From Octopus sinensis (taxonomy: Eukaryota): a stretch of DNA of 64,000 nt. Numbering within the stretch: position 1 is the stretch's first letter; every line of letters starts with the position of its first letter. The position numbers and the translations under genes were made by a program. The stretch spans positions 4,220-68,219 of the forward strand of contig NW_021836164.1 of NCBI RefSeq assembly GCF_006345805.1, read 5' to 3'. Shown in pieces: positions 26,264 to 38,890 of this stretch. The notes beneath the pieces were generated by a model that was not told the DNA's origin, searched no databases, and was given only the letters and a program-made list of their open reading frames with translations.

Positions 26264-26304
26264 TGGCTACGGAATAATTGTCACATATTATATTTACACA
26301 CACT

Positions 26305-26372
<68 letters not shown>

Positions 26373-26381
26373 GTGTGTGTG

Positions 26382-26419
<38 letters not shown>

Positions 26420-26580
26420 CATACACGATGGTCTTCCACACAGTTTCCGTCTACCAGATTCATCCACAAGTCCTCGATCGACCCAGGGCAACACTTAGCC
26501 AAAGCGTCGCATAAAGGGGCTGAACCCGAAACTATGTCGCCGGAAAGCAAATTTTTTTACCGCACAGCCATACCTATAGA
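26420..26580 (-). mobile_element. tRNA-derived SINE (family A) head and core, decayed
   Basis: CAGTTTCCGTCTACCAGATTCATCCACAAG matches the SINE A core in reverse. Confidence 0.65.
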
Positions 26581-27007
26581 TAATTGAGCAATACAATGAT
26601 ACTTCACATGCTGCGTGGTATGTTATAGAAATTTCCTTGTGGGCTTTGTATGAACTATTCCCTATGCATGAATAATTTCAGATATCTGCTGAAATACGAC
26701 TAAATCGAGCTGAAAATACTTGCATGCTTCATGCTACACTGAAACCGAATCAGTTTCACATCTCTTAGTTACAATAAATACACAGAGGAGAAGTAGTGGT
26801 TCCATTAGCATTTGGAAACATTGCCTGACTGATGAGGTCGATGCAGTGAGATTGAAATTAAACCGATCTCCTTTGATTCTTGCTGGTAAAACAAGAGCAT
26901 GAATGACTAAGTAATGGATTTTTAAGATAAGAGAGACTAGTGAATTAAAAAAAAAGGATTAGAGACTGGTGCATCTGTCGACCTTATGCGAGAGTGAAGG
27001 TAGCAGG

Positions 27008-29600
27008 CATCCGTGAGGACCTCACACCCCAGGTCCTTTTGTCATACTCAAATTCGGTGTGTGACACACTAATTGTACATATAAGGCAACTTGGTGTAGT
27101 TATATGTGCTACATATCGCCCTCCAGATGCCCCAAGCCATGTAGGCAAGTTTGAAGACTGCCTTATAAAAATAGAAGAAGTTCTAGTCACATTAGAACAA
27201 CACATAAGTGTACTTCTTATCGGAGACTTCAATCTACCCAATGTCAGATGGCCCGAGGGCCTTTCTCTCCCAGGAATGACACGATGTGAACGAGGACAGG
27301 CGAGGTCCCTCCTAAACGTCATCAACACTCTCTACATGGAGCAAGTAATACTCCAACCAACCAGGGCAGGTAACATACTGGATCTCTGCTTCACAAATAA
27401 TATGGATCTCATCCATAATGTGAAAGTGACACCGACACTACTCTCGGATCACAACATGGTAGAGCTGACCATGTACGGGCCAAAGGAAAGTATGGACATG
27501 CAGCCTACAAGAAACTCTCAGAATCTTTCCAGCTTGAACTTCCATAAGGCAAACTGGAAACAAATTGAGAAAGAGATCCTCAAACAAAACTGGCCTGAAT
27601 GTCTCTCCTCGCCATATATCGACGTGAAACTTCAACAATTCATGTCTGTAATGCAAGCCATATGCTACAAATGTGTCCCAGAGAGAAAGGCCATTGTACA
27701 CAAGAACAAAATCCCCAAAGAGAGGAAAATTCTAATGAGACAGCGTACAAAAGTTTCAAATCGCCTAAACAAACAAATTGAAAGCAATGAAAAGTCCCGC
27801 CTAAAAATAAAACTGTTGGAAATTGAAAAATGTCTGCAACTCTCCCATGAAAAAGAAAGAGCAGACAAAGAAGCCTGGGCTATAGACAACATAAAATCTA
27901 ACCCCAGAACTCTCTACAGGTATGCCAAAGAAACAGCTACGGTGCACTGTAGGATAGGGCCACTCCTTGAAAAGGATGGCACACTCACAGGAAATCCAAT
28001 GAGAGTAAGTGAAATACTAAATGAGCAATTCAAGAGTATTTTCACGCCACCCCTAGGGCATTTTCAAGTCAGCAATCCAACTGACTTCTTTACCACTGCA
28101 GATATAAAATCAGAGGCAGCGATGATTGATTACATCAATATAAAGGAAGACGATGTAATAAAGGCTATAGAGGAAATGAAAACAAACTCAGCTACTGGCC
28201 TCGATGGATTTCCAGCAATACTTCTTAAAGTATGTAAGAGAGTCCTAGCAAGACCACTGCAGTTCCTCTTTCAGAGCTTCCTTGAAACTGGCAAACTTCC
28301 AAGAAAACTGAAGGAAAGTAAAATATGCCCTATTCATAAAGGAGGTAGCAGAGCGAATGCCAAGAACTACAGACCTATCTCTCTGACCTCACACATCAGC
28401 AAGGTCATGGAACGAATAGTCAGAAGGAAACTAATCACCTTCCTTGAAGAAAATGACTTACTGCCTGACACCCAACATGGTTTCCGACCAGGAAGAAGCT
28501 GCTTAACTCAGCTCCTACAACACTGACTTGGCGCTGAAACGACTGCTCAACCACTCAAATGTGGAAGTCATATATCTCGACTTTGCAAAGGCCTTTGATA
28601 AAGTCGATCATGGAATGATATGTCACAAACTGTGTGATCTTGGCATAGTTGGAAAATTGGGAGAATGCTTCATGACTTTCTGAAGGATAGAAGTTAGGTG
28701 GTAGTAGCCAATGGGGTTACTTCCATTAACACGCAAATAGTGAGCGGTGTTCCGTAAGGCACTGTTTTGGGACCACTACTGTTCATAAGGGCCTTCTCAG
28801 ACATGCCTTCAGCCACGCAGAGAGCCACGATCACAAGTTATGCAGATGATACAAAAGTTTCGCAGGCAATACAGAACCCTGAAGACACTAAGCACCTGTA
28901 ATGTGAGCTGGGCAAAATATACAAGTGGGCTGAAAAGAATAGCATGCAGTTCAATGCTGAAAAAGTTTCAAGCTTTATGCTATCAAAATGCAAAACTAAA
29001 TGCAATACCCAATAAATACACTTGACCTGGAGGGATTGCAATCCCAGAGGCAGAATCAGTGCGAGACTTGGGTATTTACATGAGTGATGATGCAACCTTT
29101 CATGTGAATGTTGCTAAATTGGCAATGAAATGTAGGCGGCTGACCGGATGGATTCTTAGAACCTTTAGAACAAGAGACCAGGAAACCATGATGGTCCTCT
29201 GGAGGACACTTGTCCTAAGCCACTTTGACTATTGCTCTCAGCTATGGTCACCATCCAGTGTCAAGTTAATCACAGAACTTGAGGCGATCCAACGAAGCTA
29301 CACGAAGAAGATAGCCTCTGTGCAGCATATAAGCTACTGGGAAAGACTCAAGAGATTAAGACTCTATTCCTTAGAGCGTAGGCGAGAAAGATATGCCATA
29401 ATATACATCTGGAAGATCCTAGAAGGACTTGTCCCAAACTTTGGCATCGAGAGTTACACAAATGCTAGAACTGGGCGCCACTGCATGGTGCCAAGGACTC
29501 CAAATTTGCCATCAAGATGTAGGACAAGATACTGTGATAGCCTGGGCTTCAGAGACCCACAGCTCTTCAATATCCTCCCGAAGAACCTGAGAGACCTGCA
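27008..29600 (+). mobile_element. CR1/L2-group LINE ORF2 (APE-RT), truncated at both ends
   Basis: A 510-aa open frame (26994-28526) with IGDFNLP, LDLCFT, LSDHNM, YRPISLTSHISKVMERI and QHGFRPGRSC, then DFAKAFDKVDHG, YADD and YSLERRRERY in shifted frames. Closely related to 43450-46040. Confidence 0.96.
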
Positions 29601-29762
29601 AAGTTGCCACTTGATATGGACATTTTTTATTAATGGAAAACCTCTATAATTGGCTGGTGAGTGCTCAGCATTTTAAAATTGTTGTAATACTTACAACATT
29701 TAATAAAATGATGTCGTACGAAACGATCGTACCAAATTACCGGAGTCATTCTTGTTGCTTAT

Positions 29763-29808
<46 letters not shown>

Positions 29809-29810
<2 letters not shown>

Positions 29811-29980
29811 CGAGCTGGCAGAATCCTTTGCATGCCGGGCGAAATGCTTAGCGGTATTTTGTTTGCCGTTACGTTCTGAGTTCAAATTCCGTCGAGGTTG
29901 ACTTTGTCGATGTCGACTTAATCCCTTTCTCTGCCCTTGTTTATCTCCTCTATCTTTAGCCCTTTGTGGACAATAAAGAA
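29809..29980 (+). mobile_element. tRNA-derived SINE (family B)
   Basis: GGCGAGCTGGCAGAATC..GCCGGGCGAAATGCTTAGCGGT..GAGTTCAAATTCCG.CGAGGT.GACTTTG. Confidence 0.8.
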
Positions 29981-30639
29981 ATATATATATACATACATAT
30001 TTATACATGTGTGTATAATATAGAGAGATGGATAGATAGATAGACGTGTTTGTGCTCGCACGCGTTTGTGTGTATTATCGTTTATAAAGTCTCATGGCGA
30101 CCGTATTCGTCCACACGTGACCTCTGGTATGACCTTGCATGGCAACCACACATTACTGAACTAATATCTAACGAAATTCTTTCATCAGGGGCAAAATATA
30201 TCCCTAACCCCAATTCTCTCTCTCTCTTTTCCTCTCTCACTCCCACTCCCTCTCCCCCTCTGTCTTTCTATCTCTTTCCATCTATCTGCCAACCTACATA
30301 TCTATCTTTCTATTTTATATAATCTCTCTATTCCCTCCCTCCCTCATCAATGTTTCTCTCTTTTTCTCGCTTTCTTCTCTTCTGACTCTTTCTCACTCAC
30401 TCACTTTTTTTCTCTTTGTTTCAATCTGTCTGTCTCTATCTCTCTCACTCTTTCTCTCTATATATCTATCTATCGATCATCATCTCTCAACTGGACTTAC
30501 TCTCCTTTACACATTCATATTGCCTTGCACTCGTACTTCTTTCCATTTTCTCACCCTCTCTTCCCCTGAACCCACCACAACTACATTCTTTACTCTCACT
30601 ACCTCTCTTCTTTCCTTCGCCTTACATATATATACATGT

Positions 30640-30687
<48 letters not shown>

Positions 30688-30708
30688 TTGTGTGTACACA
30701 CACACACA

Positions 30709-30747
<39 letters not shown>

Positions 30748-31031
30748 CTTTCTGTTATAAATCTCTTAAAATAATGCTTCAAAAGCCGTTCATGTTACCG
30801 ATATTTGTGTTCCTCCCATCGTTCCATAATTACACACACATACACACACACTCACACACACTCACACACACATACACACGTGCACACATACATAAATACA
30901 CACACATATATACACATACATAAATGCACACATATATACACATACGCAAAGTTATATTTTGCTAAAAGTTTAGGTTTTATACATTTATATTGATATTTGT
31001 ATTCTATACTTGTGTGCGTGTTTTACGTATG

Positions 31032-31076
<45 letters not shown>

Positions 31077-31139
31077 AACTCTCTTTCTCTCTCTTTTTCT
31101 CGATTTATCTATCTATCTATCAATACATACATACATACA

Positions 31140-31173
<34 letters not shown>

Positions 31174-31194
31174 TACACACACATATAGCCAACA

Positions 31195-31620
31195 GATGAG
31201 ATCCAGAGAACTCCCAATCGAAACAGATCAGGGCCTAGACTACATCAGACGAGAACTAGTGGTGGAACACAAGATGCACCACACGTACTCTATAGTTGAT
31301 GTTGCGTAACTCTTTGACTCCCAAAGTCAAGAAGGAAGGTCAATGAAAGTTGCAAAATCCTGTGGGATGCAATGATCCAGTGCGATCACCCAACCAGACA
31401 CCGGAAACCGAACATTGTTGTGGTGAATGAAAAAGAAAGAGCATGTATGAAAATCGACATAGCTTGCCCTGTTGACAACAGGATCACTGTGATAGAAAAA
31501 GAAAGACTAAACAACTATAACGATTTGAAGTGGGAAATACGAAGGCTGTAATCAATGAAGAGAGTAGACGTGAAACAAATAGTAATTGGTGCACTTGCAA
31601 GTATCAGCACTCAACTACCA
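31195..31620 (+). mobile_element. Dong/R4-like non-LTR retrotransposon, restriction-like endonuclease (RLE) fragment
   Basis: From 31354: KILWDAMIQCDHPTRHRKPNIVVVNEKERACMKIDIACPVDNRITVIEKERLNNYNDLKWEIRRL*SMKRVDVKQIVIGAL, matching the R4-type ILWD..IQ.D..RRPDIV..IDVA.P.D..KE.EK..KY.DL..EI.RLW..IVIGALG pattern. Confidence 0.82.
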
Positions 31621-31789
31621 ACTAAAAAAAAAACAACATTGGCGCAATTGTGAATACAGAGACCTCTCTCTTAATGTTACTGCCAAAGAAAAAAAAAGAA
31701 AAGAAAGGAGAATGGTTGACAGATGACGACTACATTGAAATACTATTTGCATTTTACACTCTATTACCTCTATTTAACCATCTCACATC

Positions 31790-31837
31790 GTCTCTGATGA
31801 AAGGATAGCCATAATATCCCATAAACAGCTGTAAGAT
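31790..31837 (+). ncRNA. Hammerhead ribozyme remnant (A-stem II-A variant, G12 mutated)
   Basis: GUCU-CUGAUGA-A-AGGAUA-gccauaa-UAUCCC-A-UAAAC-AGCU-GUA-AGAU; palindromic stem III ACAGCUGU. Confidence 0.6.
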
Positions 31838-31999
31838 TATATATCCCTTTCCTTATAAATGTCCTGAAAACAACTCCCAACCTCGGCTTTGTTATCTTTT
31901 TTGTCTGTAGTTTTGGCCCGCGCCCTCTCTAAATTTACCTTCCGACAGTGTCGTGTTAGCTTCAGTTCCAGCATCCAGAACCGACCAATTGTTTGGTGG

Positions 32000-32406
32000 T
32001 ACAATCCTTCGAACCAAGAGGTCGCTACTTTGGCCCACCTGTTAATCAGCGATGCTGCTTAAGTGTCAGCCAGCCTCACCTAACGGCGTTATTTCCCAGT
32101 CGGCATGTTATGGCTTTCAAATCATTTTGGGTCTTCTCATTTCAGCCATATAGAGAAGCTGGCTTTTTCGACCGCCTTATATATCCTCCCTACTACTTTT
32201 CTCAGCTCTGAGCAAGAAAATGCAAACCTTCTTTTAAATAATGTCGCATTTTTCCTTTCAATAAAGCCTCTAGTCTCCACTGCCTGGTGGTAATACTCGA
32301 CAGTCCATCCGTTCTCCGCACTCTTCGATTAATCTCTCACATCTCTTCTCCTTCCGTTGCTCTGCATTAGCGATGCTCTCTTCCCAGGGCACTGTCAGCT
32401 CTAGCA

Positions 32407-32410
<4 letters not shown>
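32000..32410 (-). mobile_element. HERO-like non-LTR retrotransposon RLE C-terminus and 3' UTR
   Basis: MLELTVPWEESIANAEQRKEKRCERLIEEC, then in a shifted frame VETRGF...AVEKASFSIWLK, matching the HERO-type ELTVPWEE..A.ERK..KY..L..EC..VEVG.RGF..AEKAS.WLW pattern. Confidence 0.75.
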
Positions 32411-32457
<47 letters not shown>

Positions 32458-32552
32458 ATAATAAAAGGGTAAAATTAATTAATTATTAATTAATTTTACC
32501 AAGTAATGTTCAGTATGTAAAAAGACCATTTACGGTATATTTAAAACATTAT

Positions 32553-33039
32553 GTTATATAATTAGGGTTCAGTAAAATAATTTACTTTACCACACACCGA
32601 ACTTTTAGAAATAGCAGCCAAAAAATCTTAGCTATTTCTACTATAAGAAAAGTCTCCCAGACGAATGCAAAGCCTTATTTGTACTTTTTGAATTCGTTAG
32701 TACTGACAGTCGAAGATGGTTTGTCTGGGATTACTCATATCAGACGGGTATGTTCGATTTTTAGTGCTCTCAAATCCAAATCTAAAGAAATCTTGAGCTG
32801 ACGAAGGAAATGTTGAACTTTATATTCAACTAATCCAGAAACGGGCGTTCTCAAGTAATCGATGTACGTGTGATCTTCCGTTATTTTTCCCACTATACCT
32901 GCGTGAATTATTTTTGAGTATACATTGTCTGGGAGACTTTTCTTATAGTAGAAGAAATAGCTAAGATTTTTTGGCTGCTATTTCTAAAAGTTCGGTGTGT
33001 GGTAAAGTAAATTATTTTACTGAACCCTAATTATATAAC
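32553..33039. repeat. 110-bp near-perfect inverted repeat enclosing a hammerhead
   Basis: 32553-32662 and 32927-33039 are reverse complements apart from a 3-nt indel. Confidence 0.95.
32793..32854 (+). ncRNA. Type I hammerhead ribozyme (A-stem II-A variant)
   Basis: UUGAG-CUGACGA-A-GGA-aau-GUUGAA-cuuuaua-UUCAAC-uaa-UCC-A-GAAAC-GGGC-GUU-CUCAA; stem I has 5 perfect pairs. Confidence 0.7.
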
Positions 33040-33046
33040 GTATATA

Positions 33047-33105
<59 letters not shown>

Positions 33106-33389
33106 AATTAAAGTCAAAATGAGGGCGAAAAAATTGGATATTAATTTGATAACATCAATATATCCATATATATTCATATAAATATATAGAGAGATATACC
33201 TACATACACGCGCGCACGCACGCACACACATAAAGACAAGATATTTGATTTTCCTTTCTTATATCTCTCCACCCTTTCTCATTTTATAGATCCCGCTAAA
33301 TCATCAGAAAATTGAATTCTTAACAAACCAATGACATTGCTTAAAAATACAGAAACTAAAATACAAAATATATAAACAAATAAACTACT

Positions 33390-33477
33390 GCGACAACAAC
33401 TACTACCACTACTACTACCACTACTACCACCACTACTACTACCACTACTACCACCACTACTACTACCACTACTACCA
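33390..33477. repeat. (CTA/CCA)n trinucleotide repeat
   Basis: CTACTACCA units in tandem. Confidence 0.9.
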
Positions 33478-33904
33478 AATGACGTTGGTGCCAAACCATT
33501 TGTGTGCATCGAACTACATCCGAAGTTTAATACTGCGAAAGTAATTCATTTCTATCCTTCCTCTCCCCCTCTCTCTCCCTCTGCCTTCCGCTGCCTTCCT
33601 CACATTCTTTCCTCCTCTCACCCTCATCCAACACCTCTCTCTCTTTCAAAGTCTTTCTCTCTTTCTCCTCCCTTCCCCCTCTCCCTTTCTGCCTCTCTTC
33701 AACTCTTATTTATATCATTCTTACTTTCTATTTTTTATACAATTTGCCATGATTTCCTTTGTTTTCTGTTTCATAATGAAAGTAAAGGATTCACTTTCAG
33801 ATTGTTAAAAATTTTACTTTCTTTCGCTTTGTTTTTCTGTTTCTACCGCATTTTATTGCACACACAAACACACACGCACACGTACACACACACACACATA
33901 CACT

Positions 33905-34060
33905 CACGTATATACGTATGTATGTATGTACGTACTTACGTATGTATGTACGTACGTATGTATGTATGTATGTACGTACGTACGTATGTATGTATGTATG
34001 TATGTATGTGTGCATGTATGTATGTATGTATGTATGTATAGATAGATAGATAGATAGGCA
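33905..34060. repeat. (ATGT/ACGT)n and (ATAG)n tetranucleotide repeats
   Basis: Directly visible. Confidence 0.9.
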
Positions 34061-35217
34061 GACAGAGTAAAGTGTGGAAGTTTATGAGTAACGAAATTAA
34101 CAGAATAATATGCGAAGTCAGAAAAATACAACACGAGATGAAGAAGCGTAAACAAATGAAACAAAAATAGCAACAATTAAACAATGTGTGCAGTGAAAAT
34201 AAATTGCATATCCTTTTATCAAAAAAAGGTAAAAGAAATAACAGACAGGGGAAAGAAATTATACTAGGAAGAAAGGATGCTAGATTTACCGCATCTCTTT
34301 GCATTGTAGGTATGGTGTAAAAGGGAAGTTTGGTAGTAGGACCGACAGTAGGTATATAATCTGGGTCATAGTGAGAAAAGTGAGAGAGGAAGAAAGAGAG
34401 AAGTGTGAGAGCTCAAAATACCAGGTTTACGTGTTTAGTGTTGTTAAGTATCATTTACGTGAATATGTCTATATGTCTATATCCTATTCTAGATTAACAA
34501 AATCGAAAGAAAAATACTTTGTTGCAGTCTTTCTTCATAAATTATGACTACAGACATCATGATCTCAGAGCTCTATGCCAAAGCCTGACGATTCATAATT
34601 TTTCTTGGGAAAGATACAGCTATGGCTATCCATTGAATTTTGCCGGTTCATTTGCAGTTTAGGGTTCTGTAGAAATGGGGTCTCTTACAGAATTACATTA
34701 AGTTTTTCAACCAACCATTTTTCCTTCCTATGTATTATGCAATAGATGTTAACAAATTATCGCCAAGCATTATATTTAGTCTTCAGCTTCAATAAATCGA
34801 TACATTTCTGTAATCAAGAGATCAGTCTGTATTAAGTATTATTGATGGAGTTGCTATCATGTCTCAATGGATTTTCCACTTGGCAGCATTTTCTAAAGAT
34901 TCTGCCACAAGAGGAATTCTATCGTCTTTAACTGAAATTTCGAGTCGCTCAGTAGCTTTTACGAAGATGCTTTAGATTTCTTCACAATGTTTAATCCATC
35001 GCCCCTTCTATAGGACATCAAATGAAAGTCGTCGAGTCAAAAAGGGATTTTCAATTTTGCTAGAGATAGCAGCCAAATTTTCCTCAAATTACATATTATC
35101 GTCTTACAAATGATTACGTTTAATTATAGAATCTTGTACAACTTTATGTTTAGAAAAAAAACACAAAGGTCACGGCTAGAATGGCTACACACACACACAC
35201 ACACGCGCGCGCGCGTA

Positions 35218-36465
35218 CAGTGTGTTTGTATTGAATTAGCATTTGTCAAAATTAAGTGTGGAAAACAACATCCATCATGTGGTGTCCGTTTTCATTAATG
35301 CATTTCTGAAGGCGTTCATAGAAGTTGACCTCCACTCTTTCCAACATTGCTCTGTCGATTTGAGCGACTTCCACGCGAATAGCTTCCTTCAAATCGTCCA
35401 GTGTACGGGGCTTACGCGCATAAACACGTGCCTTGAGGTTTCCCCACAAGAAATAATCACACATGGACAAATCAGGAGACCGGGAGGATCCAATGAATGT
35501 GAGCAAACCTGTAAATGAGGCAGTCACTGAAGAGAGGGAGAAGAATGTCTATTGATGCTCTGGCTGTGGGCCGTCGCCCCATCCGGATGAAACCACACAC
35601 GTCGAATAAGCATGCGTTTCCGTCGTAATTCACAAAGAAGTTGTTTATCTTCTCAATGTAACGCTCGGAGTTCACAGTAACAGCATTTCCATTATTGTCT
35701 TTAGAAAAGTAAGGACCAATGACGGCAGCTTTTCCAACAGCACGCCAGACTGTCACTTTTGGACTGTGCAGTGGTCATTCGTGCAATTCCCTCAGATTTT
35801 CAAGAGCCCAAATAACGACAGTTCTGTTGATTCACCATGCCACTGAGATGAAAATGAGCTTCATCACACATTAACAAAATAAGGTTGTCATTTGCCTCAA
35901 AAATTGCTTCCATCTGACGTGCGAAGTTAAGTGCATAATCCCATGGTTTCAACTGTTGCCCAATGAACAATTTGTACGGGTGGAAATGCAGGTCTTCATG
36001 TAAAATACGCCTTAACGATCGATTACCAATGCCAAGTTCAGTGTAATGCCCCCGATTAGAGCGATTCGGACTCCGAATCAATGCTTGTCTGACGCGTTTC
36101 ACATTTTCTAGGGTCCGTACCGTTCGTGGCACCCTCACCAACCTCCTATTTATTAGAGTACCTCGTGTACGAAGTGCATTCACCCAATGTAAGATTGTGT
36201 TACGGGTGAGAGCAGCCTGATTTCGGTGAACGTTGAAGCGGTGCCGAACCTCCCGCTGAACTGCTGTGACAGACACGTTATTCTTCACGTAACTGTCGTA
36301 GGCAAACACACGATGCCCTGTCGTCCACAGCGCCATGGCTTCACCTAAAAAATAAATAAATGCTAATAGACTTCGGACCGAATGGTACCTGTCGGACATA
36401 TGTCCTTCCCTTTGGGGTTGAGTAATAGCCATTTCAAAAACGCCCGTCTTCTCTGCCGCACCTTG
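35218..36465 (-). mobile_element. Tc1/mariner DD41D (rosa/Visitor-type) DNA transposon, near full length
   Basis: Ends are TA-CAGTGTG (35216) and CACCTTG (36459-36465); the transposase pseudogene fills the interior. Confidence 0.88.
35252..36336 (-). pseudogene. DD41D transposase, frameshifted
   Basis: MALWTTGHRVFAYDSY..., HPYKL, CDEAHFHLSGMVNQQNCRY, GPYF..VTVNSERY and SRSPDLSMCDYFLWG. Reconstructed spacing between the second and third Asp is about 41 aa. Confidence 0.88.
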
Positions 36466-36689
36466 TGTGTGTGTATATATATATATATATGTAAGATCCA
36501 AGGACTGAAGTGTAGGAACAAGGTTAGCTTCAAGCAAACTGTAGAAAATATAAAAAAACAACTTTCAGGAACATTAGTGATTTATTGAGGCGGAAGGTTG
36601 TGGATTTTTTCAGTATCGAAGTTTTCTAACTTGAAAGTGGTAAATATCCAAGCGAGGTGTATACCGGATGTTATCTACTCCATTCCTTA

Positions 36690-36891
36690 ACTCTTCTTTT
36701 CTACTCTAGGCACAAAGCCCGGAATCTTGGGGGAGGGAGCCAGTTGATTAGAGCGACTGGTACTTAATCTATCGACCCCGAAATGATGAAAGGTAAAGTC
36801 GACCTCGGCGGAATTTGAACTCAGAACGTAGCGGCAGACGAAATATCGCTAAGCATTTCGCCCGGCGGGTTAACCTTTCTACCAGCTCGCC
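36690..36891 (-). mobile_element. tRNA-derived SINE (family B)
   Basis: Reverse complement of GGCGAGCTGGTAG..CGGGCGAAATGCTTAGCG..GAGTTCAAATTCCGCCGAGGTCGACTTT. Confidence 0.82.
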
Positions 36892-36949
36892 GTCTTCCAT
36901 TCATTAACTTTTGTATGTATATATTGTTAGGAAAACGATAAAAATGTTT

Positions 36950-38330
36950 TATCTGTTCATTTTTTCCTTTTGTACCCGGAGCCTTCCAAAATATCAGCAC
37001 CGTGCTCCTTCAGTAAAAACCTGTAGTCCATGTTCCATTTTACAATTTTCCTTTTTCTGTTCCTCGTCCAACAACAGGCAGCAATGCCTCACTCGCACCT
37101 TGTCCAACTTACGACTGTCTTTTTCTATTCCAATGTCATTCCACTTTTTAATCCCTTCACACAAGTTTCTATTACTGTTACCGTACATAATAACAGTTTC
37201 CTTTTTTTCCGGAGGTGGTGGTGAGGTTGAATAGCTTCTGTCTGACTGTATTTGTTTTTGTTTCTGTGTTGGAAGGGTGCGGGTAGGTTCAGTGTCTACA
37301 GGGGGTGGGACTGGTGGGAAGAAGCGGGTGTGGGTGGGAGTTGGGTGGGTTGGGGTTCAATATTTATTTTACTTGGTTTTCTCTTTTTTTCTCTGTCTTT
37401 TCTTCCCTGGTGTCACCCATTCGCCTTCTGTTCCGCTTACTTCTCTCTTTCTGCTGGTGGTGATATTATTTTGTCCTTTTCTCCTACCGGTTCTTCCTTT
37501 CTTTCTTGTAGAGGGCAGTTGTCTCCAATGTGACCTTTCTGGCCACACTTGTAGCATCTGGGTATCCTTCCCTCTACAACCATTGTTGTGTCGTCAAAAA
37601 AAACACTGTGGTTTCCGGCAAATATTCTATTATATCCTTCGGTCCCCTTACCATATTTATGGATTGCCCTTTCCAGTTCCTTGTTTCCGTCTTGATGGCC
37701 TGGAGAACCACTAATTCTTTCTTGCTACCAAACAAGACTGCGGCTGCTAACCAAGCCACTTCGACCTCTGGCGGGGGGTTCCCTCTACATTGACCTTCAC
37801 AGCACTCATCCACCATATATTGGCAACATTTTTACTTCCTCGCTCCTTAATATTATTGACTTGTAGTGGCTACATTAATAAATTGGACTTTAATTGTACC
37901 AAATTTACTGCCTCTTGTTAAATACCTTAATATCCTTCCATAGGGGCCTCAGTACCTTCTCCACTTGACTCCTTGTCTTCTCTTTTACTCTTCTTTCTGC
38001 CACTGAGTGTGTTTTGGACATTACCGTGCTTCCTGTTCTGTTATTAATTATCTCCATTGGCGCTATTACTTCCACCTTCGTTTCATCCCTCTTCTTCATC
38101 ATTTTCTTCTTCCACTCGTTCAAATCCATATTACTCTCTCTCTCTCTCTCTGTTACTTTAGCCGCCTCTGCGAAGCTTCTATTTCTTTTGTACCACGAAG
38201 TATTTGACTGCTCAGAGTCGGACACCTCAATGTAACTGTATTCTGAAGAACTAATTTCTTCAATTTTTTCCTTTGCTTGCCCTCCTCCATGACGTGGGGA
38301 AGCACAACTAGCCTGGCACAAGGCAGAAAA
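36950..38330 (-). pseudogene. Gag-like ORF1 of a probable L1/Tx1-type retrotransposon with a CCHC knuckle
   Basis: CYKCGQKGHIGDNC (CX2CX4HX4C) at 37556-37515, preceded by charged and PPEVEVAWLAAAVL segments; frameshifted. Confidence 0.65.
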
Positions 38331-38371
38331 ACCAGAGTGTTCAAAGAACGCTGCAGCAATTTCTCACTTCT

Positions 38372-38890
38372 TTATTGCCCATTAGGGGCCAACATAGACT
38401 AGGACAATATAATCTGAGATCAGATAAACGAATTAATTTTACAGTACAATGGGATTAAAAATTGACACATAACTAATGAATGATGACAACACAAAAGACA
38501 CAACAATGGAGTGGTGCTTGGGATTAGATCCGACCCCACGAGCCCCACTGGATACCTTTTAGGATACATTATGGCCTATTCACTCGGCTACAACCACTCG
38601 CAACACTCGTGCTAAATATTTCCATCTTTTGTTAAACATTTTCTCTGACAGACATCTCTTCTTCAGCCCTACTTTACTTTTCAAGTGAAAAGTGAAATAC
38701 CTCTGTAAGGCAAAGCCAGAGACGAAGCTGCCTGTCTTTATTGCTTTAATCCTTGTCTTCCATGCCACCTCTTTCGCTTTTGCTACCACGATGAAAAAAC
38801 AATTCTTACCTTCATTAGATAAAAAATCTGGCGGATCAATTGCTTTTACGAAGTTTTCCATGAGACCAAGTTTACCCACGGCATATGCTG
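38372..38890 (-). mobile_element. Probable L1/Tx1-type ORF2 C-terminus plus 3' UTR with AATAAA
   Basis: VVAKAKEVAWKTR...YFTFHLKSKV...LSEKMFNKRW resembles the Tx1 ORF2 tail (W..R...R.....F...W); AATAAA at 38377-38372. Confidence 0.6.

Noticed and set aside
26828-26868. CUGAUGA-GGUC...GAUU-GAAA hammerhead-like string
   Set aside because: No stem III, no NUH site and no stem I.
33279-33509. GSSSGGSS-repeat ORF with a hydrophobic tail
   Set aside because: Arises from a (CTA/CCA)n repeat, with no supporting exon structure.
34540-35110. Coding-like unique sequence, possibly a decayed transposase or exon
   Set aside because: Stops in all frames inspected and no motif I could recognise.
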